Assembly (NCBI GenBank): GCA_010015585.1
Contig: ML975150.1
Reading direction: 5' to 3' (one strand)
DNA: 64,000 bases
Source of the DNA: Eremomyces bilateralis CBS 781.70
Taxonomy: Eukaryota
Positions 36,580 through 48,264 of the stretch are shown piece after piece; the first letter of the stretch is position 1, and each line of letters starts with the position of its first letter. Both the position numbers and the translations under genes were made by a program. The notes under the pieces are model-generated. The model had not been told where the DNA came from. It saw only the letters and a program-made list of their open reading frames with translations, and made no database searches.

Positions 36580-37320
36580 GTAGTTTGACTTCAGGCAATT
36601 CAAACTCTTTTATACACACCTAAAAGTGCAGATTTTTGTGTTTAACCGCATGCCGTGGTCACTGCTGACGCTCCAGGAGCCGGCCATAGGAAAATTTCGT
36701 CGCAACGTTGTCGCAGCTACTGATTTGCGGAGAGCCTCCTTTTGCGCCCAAACAGTGCGCTTCCTCCACAGCATCGCCATCAAGCTTGCGCAGCTGGCGA
36801 AACTCATAAATGACGGTTATCCGAACTTTTGAGTCCCCTGGGAACGACGAGAACCTCCTATCTGCCGTAGGGCTGCCGTGGGAGGCGATCTCATGCAACG
36901 TCGCCACTCTGCTTGATACCTCCAATCAAAGAAACGCGATCCCGAAAGAACCCGCATGATGACTAAGGAGTAACTTAACTTATATAATCTGCTTTTGTCT
37001 AGCCGTGAGCCAAAGCTGTGGCTGTGTGCTCTTCCTCCTAAAAATAGATATATCACGAGGGCGGGAGCGGCCATCTCAAGGCATGACAAGCGTACAGTGA
37101 CTTGCGAAATCAGTGTCGGGCTTTTCCTGCATACAAAGCGAAGTAGCAACTCACTTCAACGTTATACGGCGCTAGCAGGGAGGGCGCCGACCTGCTTATG
37201 CTACACCATTGTGAAGAGTTTATGAGAAATAGGCTGCTGGCTCGATTGCCTCTAGTTGTTTGTGAGCATCACTGCACGGTGAGGACGCTCGTATCATGAA
37301 CCATGGAAGACTTTGACAAG

Positions 37321-38699
37321 CTAAGCACTTATATTGCATTCAGCATTATGTTCTTGACTTTCAAGTACACTCTGTCTCTTGGGGAGACTTGATAGGTTAC
37401 AATGAAATCTCTCATCGCCGTCTCCGTGCTGCCCATCACTGTGACTTTCACCACTTTCGTCTTCCTCTGATGTTAAATGATCACCTCGAAATGAGGAAGC
37501 AAAGGATGATGATTTATGATCAAAGCTCCTCTGTCTCTTCCTGCCTCTGAAATCTTCTTCGCTGCACGTTTCAAGATCTTCTAAGACATCGTCCCGTTGT
37601 CTCTTCTTTGGGCTTTGGCTCCTGCTCTTGACTCGGGCGGCAAAAATATGCCTACATTTGTCGCCAGACGCGTCCAGGATCCTGCTCGAGCCATCCTCTC
37701 CGTCCACAAGAACAAGCCTTCGTGAAACTCCCTGCCGTAAGAAAGTACTCTGTGCAAGAATAGTCCAAGCAAACCGAGCGAACAGACACTCCACGCTTAC
37801 ATCCATAAGTGGCTGCAGCGTGACATTATGGTATAGTTTCGCAAGCTCTCCTGTCAAGCCAGGGGCAAAGACATGGACAACCCAGGAACTCCCTTTAGGT
37901 ACAGCAACCAACCATTTCTGGTCGAACACAGTGTGAATATCCGATCGTAGCAAAATGGAGTTTCGAGCATCATCAGTTGGATCGGTCATAGTGGCGGGAC
38001 GAGAAGTGTATTGAAACATCATGTTTGAACTGAACCACGGCTCCTCACTCCGAGGAATGAGATGCGCAGCTTCCGTGCCCTCAGTGTGGCTGGTTACTCT
38101 GCAAGAAACATCGCGGGACAAGAGGATCTCTGTCAGGCCGCTCTGTCGTGGTAAGATGTCGGACCTGGGGATGCGGAAGATGTCCGATTTCCAAAAAGGT
38201 GGTAGGTTATCGTGGGGGAATTGAAAGTGGGCAAAGGATGGGATGATAGGGTATTTAGGATCTGAGAATAGTTTATGTTAGTTAGTATGTGGAATATAGC
38301 GGTCCAGCGAAACATTAATCCTCGAGACATACCGTCATCAGGGTCCTCTTTGATCCGGAAATAGTAATTCTTCAGCGTTAGGAGGGAGTCTGCCTCCGCT
38401 GCAATTCGTCGTCCTTTTCTCGTCTCTGTCAAAAATCCTTCCCAGGTGCAATTTGCAATTATCGCACAAGCAATCCTTGCCGTCTCGTGATGAATGCCCC
38501 CTTCAGAGCTATCCAGTGCTGGCAATACGAGAAGAATATTGTTTGTGTCTGGATATCCTGGATGGCGAAAATGCACATTGTATGAGTCATTGTTCTTAGG
38601 AAGAGAGGCACCAAGATCCGAGTGCGTTGGTGGTGGGTAGGGTTTGCGAGCTTGAAAGTTGGAGGAGATCGAAGCGGATGGAAGAGTGGTATTTGGCAT
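37321..38699 (-). CDS. Fungal HNH endonuclease-domain protein (HNH_2-type), 2 exons (intron 38262-38332)
   Basis: FRHPGY...GGIHHETARIACAIIA, YPIIPSF..FPHDNLP, RDVSCRVT...AAHLIP...NSILLRSDIHTVFD, LFARFAWTI. The frame looks intact after splicing. Confidence 0.85.
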
Positions 38700-39029
38700 T
38701 TGGGCTGTAGTGATTTGGTTTATTGGAGGAGATTGAGCGGGTGCAAGTAGGTGGAAAAGACCGAACTCTGGACTTTTGTATAGAATACCCTTTGTGGAAG
38801 CGATAATGTTGTCGATATGTGGATGGCTGCTTGTTGCTGTGGATGTTTGCTGTCGTCGCGTCAATAAAACTGCGCAGGTGTTCCAAACGCGAGGGTGCGC
38901 GATAGCACGTGACTTACCCACTCCCACTCTGCCATTAATTACAGTGTTAAGGAATACGCAATCGGTATAAACCAGAAATATACCAATAACAACGTCGGAA
39001 TTACCTGCCAGCTCTCTGCTGAGTATAAT

Positions 39030-42000
39030 TGCGCAGCGTAGCGGAGCAGTTTAAAATCCAAATGGGGCTCCTTTTCCAAAAAAGCACACACGCTCATTGG
39101 TCAGTTGAAAACTCTCTGTGATTGGTCCAAAAATTTCCTTGGCAAAATGATTGGCTGAGAAAAGGGTCCGGAAAGTTCCGTGTCTCTGTGATTCGTCCAA
39201 ATTACTTGGCAAAGTGATTGGCTGAAAAGTTCTTCCATCTCCGAACTCTGTGGACTTCGTTGTCGTCGCCGTCGCCAGGTCCTGCGCTCTCGTTACCTAC
39301 ATGGAGCACCTTTTCACTACTATCACGGCATCAGGCGAATCCTACATTTGGGGGAGTGAGACATAGCATCGTAAGGTATAGACAATTCGACAATGCAGAG
39401 TAGTTGAGTCTCACGGACAATGTCCATAGAAGAAAGTGAAGAGAAAGAAAGCAAGATCCTCGAGACATCTCCGGGCATCATCTATGTTCTTATACCGGCC
39501 GACAGTCCTGAAATCATCTACACGGACACTCGTTGCCTTCATCGTGTACGATACAGTGTCGTCTTGAGCGATTCCATCCCTCAAAATCAACCAGAGGAAG
39601 TCATGCGGGCGAAAGACTGTAGAAACATATGTGCATGTGGTCGAAGGTGGAAGAGTGAATGAAGTAGGGCCGGTCACATAGATTCTACTCAGCTCCTCTG
39701 CTTAAAATCTATTTGTTTTTTCATCTCTTACTCACAATTTTCTTCTCTACCTTATCGCTTTCCTGGCACCTTTGTCGACTCTCTATCAATTAACTACTAT
39801 CGGTCTAGCATCACAGTCTATATTGTCAATTGGAGATCTATCAAAGCGATCCCGCATGGCGGAGGTCAGCCTAAGTACTATACCTCCTCCTGGAGGTTAT
39901 GCACCCGACCCCCCTTCCGATGTTCCCGACCCATCCAATCCACTGCATCGATGTATTCACTGTAAACATCGGAAGGATGCTGCTTATGACCTGAAGCGCA
40001 ATGGAGAGTATTATGCTAAGTGTAAGGCTTGCCGTGAGAGTCATACATCTTCTGTAAGTGTGTTTCGAAGTCCCGCATCATATTCAAACTAATATTACCC
40101 TAGAGGAAGCGCCCTCGCTATCAACGAGATACAAGCGCATTAATCCAGAGGCAAGTGAAGCCTCGTCTACAGTCGGAAGGATTCTTTCCCCGAGGTCAAC
40201 ACGAGGAAGATACTCCTTCTCAAGCAGCAGTTCGCAGAGACTTCGTGGATATTCAACGTGAGCACCGTTCTCGCAGGAGACACGGTGAGATTGTCTCTTC
40301 GACGCCCAATTTCGATGACTTCGTTACACAACGGACGCGTCCGCCTGGACAGTATCCTGGCGCGACCCATGTTCCATCCCGGACTCCACCTAATCTGTCC
40401 CAGCTTGGAAATCCAATCTTTCCGCCTATTGAAGACGAGCAGGAGGATGGTGAGCAACCTGTCCGCGGTCCAATCTTCCGCCGATACTCCCTACCTTCAC
40501 TTCGCGGTCGAACTCGGAATCTATCTCGGTTTACTGGATCAAGCGCTCGGTCCGAATCCTCTAGAGGTTTACTTCGCGAACTTCAACCGCCTCCTAGCCA
40601 GGAGGCTCCCGAACTACAATACTTTCTGTGTAGACTCTGTGACACCTACCGTGAAGAGTCTCGGAAAGTGAGACATATGGAATCGTGTACCTATTGCAGG
40701 GATTATACTCCTGTATCTGAGCGTACGCAGTGGTGTTTGCAAGGTGGTCATGAAGTGAACCAGTCTTCGTGCATGGAAGATAAACAAGAGCAAGGAGCAG
40801 ATTCCGAGGCCTTATATTTCCTCAACTGTGTATCCTGTCGTCAAAGTACAGACGGGTGGATTAATAATGACCATCGCCGGAGAGCCCCAGAGCAGTCTCA
40901 ACGCCGCTCTAGCTTGGATCCTCCGAGAAGTCGCACCCCTTCGCGTCCAGGTCCCCATCGACGCGCTCGAGAACTTGCTACCGCGGATCTACTAGCCCCT
41001 AATCCTCCTATCGATTTCTCTAGTCTAACTCTCGGAACCACGGATCCGGCACTCACCGAACGCGATAAAACGCTTATACAGAACTTTCATCGAAAGGTCG
41101 ATTCTGTTAATATGGCCACCTGTGTCCGCTGCCATGAGCGATGGCTTGGGATAAGCTACGACGAGAACGGTGTTTGCAAGTCATGCCTTACCATTGATGC
41201 AAAGCGTGGCCCCGACGAACCATATCTCTGGAGCGATGAGAACAATGCCGATCCCGGGGAATTTCCGGATATTTGTCTCCCTAAGCTTTCTCAGATCGAG
41301 GAGATGCTTATCTCGCGTGTCCATACCTTTGTTGAGGTTCGGCAATACCGCGGCCAGCAGTACAAGTACTCTGGTCATATCTGTCACTTCCTCTCGAATA
41401 CTGCACGCGTTTATGCGCGTCTCCCTCTCTTGCCTAGAGAGCTAGATGTTATCATCCTTCGCCCTTCTAATCATGCTACGGATCCAAGGGTTAATCGTCA
41501 ATTCATTCGCGATTATCGAGTGCGTCGTAGCGCAGTGATAAAATGGCTCTACTTCCTTCAAGAACACCATCCTGCCTATGCTTCTATCGACATTGATCTA
41601 ACTCGACTCGACGCCTTGCCCGAAAACGGCTCAGTTGAAGAGGACCTGCTTATCTATGACCACCAGGATGAGCCCAATGTTGAAATGCAGGCAGACGACT
41701 TTGACGACCCAGAAGACGACGATATATCCCCGCCGCAAGCCAGTGCAGTCCCGGACTTGAACCCGGACCGCCAAGAGATCGATCAGATGCGTCTTGAAAT
41801 TGGAGCACGTAGAAGGGAACGGCTCCAGGCCAGTCAAGCACCCTTCATGACCATGCCATCCCTCCGTGCGACCCCTCTTGCAGACTTGAACAAATCAGTC
41901 CCATGTTTGACATGGGCTTTCCCTACACTGTTTCCATACGGGAGGGCGGAGTTTGCCACGCCAAGGATCCGAGCTATCAAGTACAACGAATTCGTCAAGC

Positions 42001-45000
42001 ATCTGCTTCTCTACAAGGATGGACGCTTCGCACAGCACCCTCGCTTTCGATATGTTGTCTTCAATACAATCATGAGGAGCCAAGTCAACTCACGCGCGAG
42101 CTTTTTCGTCAAGAAGATCCGCCCTGGTCCCACTGACTTAACAGTTGACGATCTTCGACGAGCTTTCGAGGAAGATACTCCAGAAGCGGAAGCTATGGTT
42201 AACTCTATCTCCCGTTACTCCGGCAGTATGCGCGGCACCCGTTCATTTTGGGCAGGAAAGCGTCGGGCTTTAGAAGCCGGTGTCCGACAACTCGGGTGTC
42301 CGCATCTCTTTATCACCTTCTCTGCAGCCGATTATCACTGGGATGATCTGATGCAATCCATGCCGAACTACGAGTAGTGGAAATCCGCCACTTCAGTACA
42401 ACGTATTCGCATTGCTCGTGATGCGGTCCGAGATAATCTATTGATTGTCGCGAATCATTTCCACCGTCGTTTCGAGGCCTTCCGGACCGAGGTGCTTATT
42501 CCAAAGTTTAACATCGTCGACTACTGGCATCGTTTCGAATGGCAATCACGCGGTAGTACCCATGACCATGGTTCATATTGGATGGAGGGTGACGGCTTAC
42601 CTAGTCCTGAACTTCAAGACAATATCGACCAACTGACGGAATTTGCTCGGTTTTGGGGAATCCACATCCATGCTATCAATCCAGACCGTGGGCGTGATTG
42701 GGTTCGTCCTGAGGAGAGGTCAGAACTGCAGATGCCGTTTGCGGACCAACCGAACACACTGCGCCATCTTTCCAACCTACTGAACCGTGTTCAGGTTCAT
42801 CATTGTACTAGGCAATATTATCTTCGTACTAATAAGACGACTAGCATTGAGGAGTGTCGTATTAAGGCCCCGTGGCCCATTACGACTACGCCAGAGATGG
42901 TGAAGGATCCTGGAAGATCGTGGTACCGTTCCCAATCCGAACGCAATGACCCAAAGCTCAACCAGTACAACCCGCTTATTACTAAGGCATGGTGCGCCAA
43001 TACGGACATCCAGCCCTGTACCGGTAAAGATGGAGTTATCTTCTATCTCGGTAAGTACACTACCAAGGCCGAAGAGGCATCAGAGTTATATCGTGATATG
43101 ACTTCAAAGCTCCTTCCGCGTCTCAATTCGAATCGCCCCTACCAATCACTCGTGGAAAAGACGATGAATCGTCTCGTAGGCGAACGGAATTGGTCTGCGC
43201 AAGAGATCTGCCATCTTCTCTTAGACCTGCCTTTGTGCTCCCAGAGTCGGATGGTCATCAATGTTGACTGTCGCCCGGAGCAGCAGCACGCTGAGCTCCA
43301 CTTCCTCGAGGATCATGAGAGCGGTGTTCAGGTTCGCGCTGGCAAGTCACTGCTTCAGAAGTATAAAGATCGTCCTCCGGAGTGCGATAGCATTACTTAT
43401 CTCGAGCTTCTGCGTGAATATGACCTCCAGAAATACCGAAGGCGACCTCGTGCTTCGGAACGGGTGTTGAACTTCTTCCCACGCTATCGTCCTGAAATCG
43501 ATCCAGAGAACTTTGCTCGAGTAAAGTTGATGTTGCACCATCCGTTCCGTGAAGTCGATGATCTAAAGGCATACCTTTACGATCCAGAGAAGACTTGGGA
43601 TACGTTCTACGAGGCTTAGGAAGAGTGTAAAACGTTTCATGAAGGCCATACTCCCGACGGGTATGAGGTGGAGATGCTAACGGGGGATAATGATGAGGAG
43701 CCACTCGATTCCGAGGAGGAGGATATTCTTGCTTCCTGGCAAGAGCTTGCACAAGTTTGCCCCGGTCGAGATAGTGCGCAGGTCGAGGACCCTGACCGCA
43801 TTGGCGACCGAGACATCGACCGTGCATATATCCTTGATGGCATGATCGGTAACTATCTCGACCTCGATGTCGAGTTCTGGAAACGGATAAAGGCGGACTT
43901 TCCGGCTAACTTAGTAGCCGTTGCTGCTGGGACATATGCTAGCCTAAATGGCAAACAGAAACTCTGTCAGGACCTCGTCATGCGTCACTTTCACGCCTAC
44001 CAGGAGCACCGGCCTCCGCCTCAGCTCCTGCTAAGCATCGATGGTAAGGGTGGGACAGGGAAGACGTACCTTATTATGATCCTTTCCGAGGCGCTTGAGA
44101 CTGTCGCGAGTGCGATAGGGCATACTACCTCCCCAATCGTTCGGGCTGCCCCTACCGGTGTAGCCGCGCATAACATTTCGGGTAAGACCCTTCATTCCCT
44201 ATTCCGCCTCACTCCGAAGGCCAAGCAGTACGAAAAGTTGTTAAAGCAAGCCGCTCAGGCTATTCAGACTGCATTCAAAGGTGTTCAATATATCGTCATT
44301 GACGAGAAGTCAATGGTTGGCTTGAAACTTCTTGCTTGGATTGACCGTCGATGTAATGAGATTTGGCCTGATCGTAGTGACCGTCCATTTGGTGGCCTCA
44401 ACGTTATCCTAGCTGGCGACTTCTTCCAGCTGCCGCCCGTTGGCGAGAAGCCGCTCTTTACCAGCCAGAACAACATTTCAAAGAACATCGATGAGAGCCA
44501 TGGCCATAGACTCTATTAAGGCTTCTTCCGAACAATTGAGCTAGACGTTGTTGTCCGTCAGCAGGGACCTGAGGAGGCAATGTTTCGAAATGCACTCGAA
44601 GACTTGCGAACCGGGAATGTCACGGTTGATAACTGGCGCCTTCTTGCTACGCGAGTTGCTTCTACTCTCTCGCCCAGTGACGTCTAAAGCTTCCAGGGTG
44701 CCCTTCACGTCTACGCCAAGAAGGCAGACGTCATTCAATTCAACCATACACAGATGCGCGAAAGTGGCCGACCAGTTGTCCTGATGATTGCAACTAATGA
44801 GGGGAAAGGTGCAGCGAGCGCCACTACCGAACAAGCCGGCAACCTGCAGAACACCTTCCCTATATCTATTGGTTCCGTGTCATGCTTACCGAGAATATCT
44901 GGACCGAACGAGGATTGGTAAACGGTACTATGGGTAATGTACGCGACATGGCCTGGGAAGCGGACGTTCAAGATCCCCGGAAGTCGCCTCCCACGGCATT

Positions 45001-45979
45001 ACTGGTTGCATTCGACAGCTATGATGGTCCATCCTTTCGAGAGGTTAACGGTGAAAAGCTCGTGCCTATATTCCGGTCCCGTCGAGACTTCGTTCGCGAT
45101 TCTGTCGCCTGCCTGCGTACCCAGTTTCCAATGGTTCTGGCGTATGCTATCACCATCCACAAGAGCCAGGGAATGACACTAGAAAAGGCAGTTTTGAACA
45201 TCGCTGATAAGCGGGACTTTGCGCCGGGATTAACTTATGTAGCTGTCTCGCGTGTTAAGTCGCTGAAAGGGGTGTTATTCGAAGAATCGTTTGATCTACC
45301 GCGATTGCGCATGCAAGTAACTGCTACAACTCAAGCTAGGAACGATGATGTCGCTCGGCGCGCATTGTATCACGTCGCGTCCTCCGTACATACTACATAC
45401 CGTCTACTCCTTGCGCAGCATGGCTAATGTGTCTATACAGGATCCTCAGCAATTCGCGGTCGGTTTCATGCCACCGCCTCTACGACGTGTTTAACTTCCG
45501 ATCCGATCATCCTCTCCACCTCGGAGGTCGTCCCCGCTACTTGCGAGTGAGATCGATACACCTACAACGGGGTCTAACCCGTCCGGCACTCAAGGTTCCT
45601 GAATGGAGATTTAGAGTGCTTAAAAACGTTCATAGTTTGCTTGATCGTCCCATCAATCAAAAGAACACCTCAATAAGGTTGGTTGTTAGGTGCAACCTGA
45701 GTAAGCGGGAATCGCTTGATTCATATCCTCTATAACGTTGCGGATATGGAGTCTGCGTAGATAGATCAAAATCAACGAGTTATAGTATATCATCTGCTGT
45801 TTATTTCATTATGTGGTTTAGCTATCGGTGAAACCAGTACTAATAAGCGCGTGTGATTGGCCGTAGAGGATCAGGACTTCATCAGCAAACTGTGGCTGGG
45901 TATGCTGTTAAAACTTGGGAGGTTCTGCTCCCTACGCTGCGCACCCCTTGGGTCCATTTATGACCCTCGGGCGTATTTT
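39030..45979 (+). mobile_element. Helitron2/FoHeli-like rolling-circle transposon with asymmetric terminal inverted repeats
   Basis: TGCGCAGCGTAGCGGAGCAG (39030-39049) versus CTGCTCCCTACGCTGCGCA (45925-45943). 3' hairpin CCCTTGGGTC/GACCCTCGGG (45945-45971), then ATTTTT. Exact ends uncertain by a few bp. Confidence 0.82.
39856..45427 (+). pseudogene. RepHel: HUH Rep endonuclease plus PIF1 helicase, with four in-frame stops and one frameshift
   Basis: LFITFSAAD, FEWQSRGSTHDH, YLGKYTTKAE (Rep motifs). GKGGTGKT, APTGVAA, IDEKSM, GDFFQLPPV, AITIHKSQGMTL, YVAVSRV (PIF1). Stops at 42375, 43617, 44517, ~44685; -1 shift near 44878. Confidence 0.92.
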
Positions 45980-46400
45980 TCTGGATGTCTGGTTCCGAGT
46001 ACCATCTTTTAAGACCATCACCCTTTGTCACTCTCCTGCGCACGTAGGCCCGGATATCATCAGTGATAAGGTCACTCTGAATAGGAATTATGTCGTCCAT
46101 ACGAGCAAATTTGCTGATTATAGACTCGATGTCTCGTTCTTGGCGGCTTGTCACAAGGAGATGGACATTCTTTCGGTAGGAGCTTTGGAAATCTTTCATC
46201 CACGAGAGCAATCCTTCGCTTGGCGACCCTGTCCTCGCGTTGCATTCATCAAGAGCATCGAGAACAATCCAGACTTCTTTTACTTGCAGGATCATCTGTA
46301 AGAAAGTCTTATAAAGTGCTTCACACGATGGTTGTCGATGTCCGTCTTCGTAAGAGGAAAGGAGAGTCTGTAAAGCTATCAAAGTATCTCCAGAGTGTAG
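45980..46400 (-). pseudogene. NACHT-domain gene fragment
   Basis: QPSCEAL..TF..M...VWIVLDALDEC...HLLVTSRQERDI...DDIRAYVR..V...LKRW; truncated at both ends. Confidence 0.8.
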
Positions 46401-46584
46401 GGCAGTCCAAATGAGCTCATCTGGATTAAATGATGAATTACGGAGGTGTACGAAGGGAGGGATTGCCGGGGGCGCAAAACATAAACCAACCATCTAATTC
46501 CCCGTAACGTATCCCTCGCTGACTAAGAATGTATGGTAACATTGTTGGCCAATGGCAGACAAGCCGAGTAGTACTACAGTGAGA

Positions 46585-46689
46585 GAGTTCCCCTATGGTC
46601 ACCCACCGTAGTACTATTCCATCTCTAACCTGCTTGAGTACGGCAGAGCGGACGGGATGCCCTATATTCAGGTTGATGTGGCCGTATGT
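46585..46689 (-). rRNA. 5S: 5' 105 nt of the split 5S rRNA gene
   Basis: Minus strand ACATACGGCCACATCAACCTGAATATAGGGCATCCCGTCCGCTCTGCCGTACTCAAGCAGGTTAGAGATGGAATAGTACTACGGTGGGTGACCATAGGGGAACTC. Contains the fungal 5S signatures CCCGTCCGCTC and TGGGTGACC and the helix AACCTG/CAGGTT. Confidence 0.93.
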
Positions 46690-48264
46690 ATCAGAATCTG
46701 AAGCCTTTCCAAATATAAACCTAGATTCTGGACTCATTCGCCTGCTTAGCGGGTCTGCTCAGTTTTTGCATCGGCTCCGATCTTCACAAAACGGAACACG
46801 AGCAAATAGTCGAAATGATCGAAATGATGAGCGAGAGAATAATTGTTTAACACGCGTAAGAAAAGCGAGGAGATCTGATGTACACCGAAGATAGCGCATT
46901 CTGAAGCGGCTGATGACTTGAGAATAGCTTTGCGTAGACTTGAACTGCAAGGGGTGCGTCTCCGAATTGCTGGATCGGCGCTAGAATCGGAGGCAGACGA
47001 CATCGTCGTGTGCGAAGTTGAGGTTATAAGGCATTTTTCGAAGGGAGAGAGTTATGCCGCATTTGATATATCACACGTCATGTCGCGAGTCTCCTAGGGA
47101 CATACTAGGAGCTACAGATGCCCAGCCCCCGCCACACCAGAGCTCTTTCGAACTCGTTGGTCAGACCTTCAAATGGCGTGCCGTTTGGAGGTCCAGCCTG
47201 TTTGTATCTGTACGATACCTCTTAAAGTGAATGGGAAGATTGTGAGGGCCTGGAACGAACTGTACACATTAGTTCTCATCAATGTGCGCATCTGATTCGC
47301 CAGACTGTTGTAGCATGAATATCCAACAGCTGCGACGCGTTACTTTTATCCCTCCTCATCTCATCCATCCCAACAGCGCGTATCCCACGCTCGTCGCGGA
47401 GCATCGACAGCCTCTCGATGCCGGCTCAACAGAAATGCCGACTTGCTAATCATAGGCCATCGCGACGCAGTGCGGCAGCGGGAGCGGAGCCGGTTTGAAA
47501 GTGAACCCTGGAGCGGAACGAGGCTCCACGGCTTCTACATCAAACGAGAACCAACAACGCCGAGTGGAGCCCGCTACGACGGTTGCGCTGGAGACTTTGG
47601 GATTCCGGAGCCTCATCCAGGCAAGATGGCGTCAAAACATGGGATTCACGGTCCTGTTGGAAGAGGACGTTGCGCTTGAGGACCAGTTTTCTGTAGGCGC
47701 CGGTATGGAGCCCGCCCCAAACACACCCCTCCCGCTATCGGGAAGAGCCGCATTGCCGATTCATCCCCCCCATTGGATGCTTCAGCGTCAACTCAGGACG
47801 GTGTGAAACGAAAGTCCATTATGATTCATGATCTAACAATGGTCAACAACACTGACAGGAATAGATGTCTCTCGTGGGAACTGATCGCATGGTGATGCTC
47901 TCCTGATACCTTCGCTAGGCACGGATGCTCTTGGGTACACGGATCTCGGTTCAGCAGGTATATAATCCAGTCATGGACAGCTTCACACTTCCTGTCTTCT
48001 GCTTCATCTTCAGATCCATTCAGTCTTTGCAAACAAAGTCGTGACGAATTTCCTTGACTCATTCTTTCTGCTAGTCGGTTTTCTCTATCTGCTTTGGTTG
48101 CTGGCATTCATCGCTCTCTATATATCTACCGGCAGGTCCAGTCTTTACATACGACCATCCCCAACATTCATTGTTGAAAAGCATTTTATATTGCATTCCT
48201 TCTCGCTCTGTAGCCCACAAACGAACGAATCTCCTTCACGAATCGAACTATCAACCCCGTCATC

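Larger units (their letters stand above)
26025..46600 (+). mobile_element. Starship-type element (~20.6 kb) integrated into a 5S rRNA gene
   Basis: 16-bp direct repeat GAGTTCCCCTATGGTC at 26025-26040 and 46585-46600. The flanks rejoin into a 119-nt 5S gene. A DUF3435-like tyrosine recombinase is the first gene, ~450 bp inside the left end. Confidence 0.9.

Noticed and set aside
38990..46000. Helitron inserted into a contiguous NACHT gene
   Set aside because: Joining the flanks gives DIQK followed by sequence lacking the expected A.GMFRW segment, so the NACHT was probably truncated independently.
25470..46400. HET fragment and NACHT fragment as two halves of one gene split by the Starship
   Set aside because: On the minus strand the NACHT piece lies upstream of the HET start, which is the wrong order. 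It is also inside the element boundary defined by the 5S halves.
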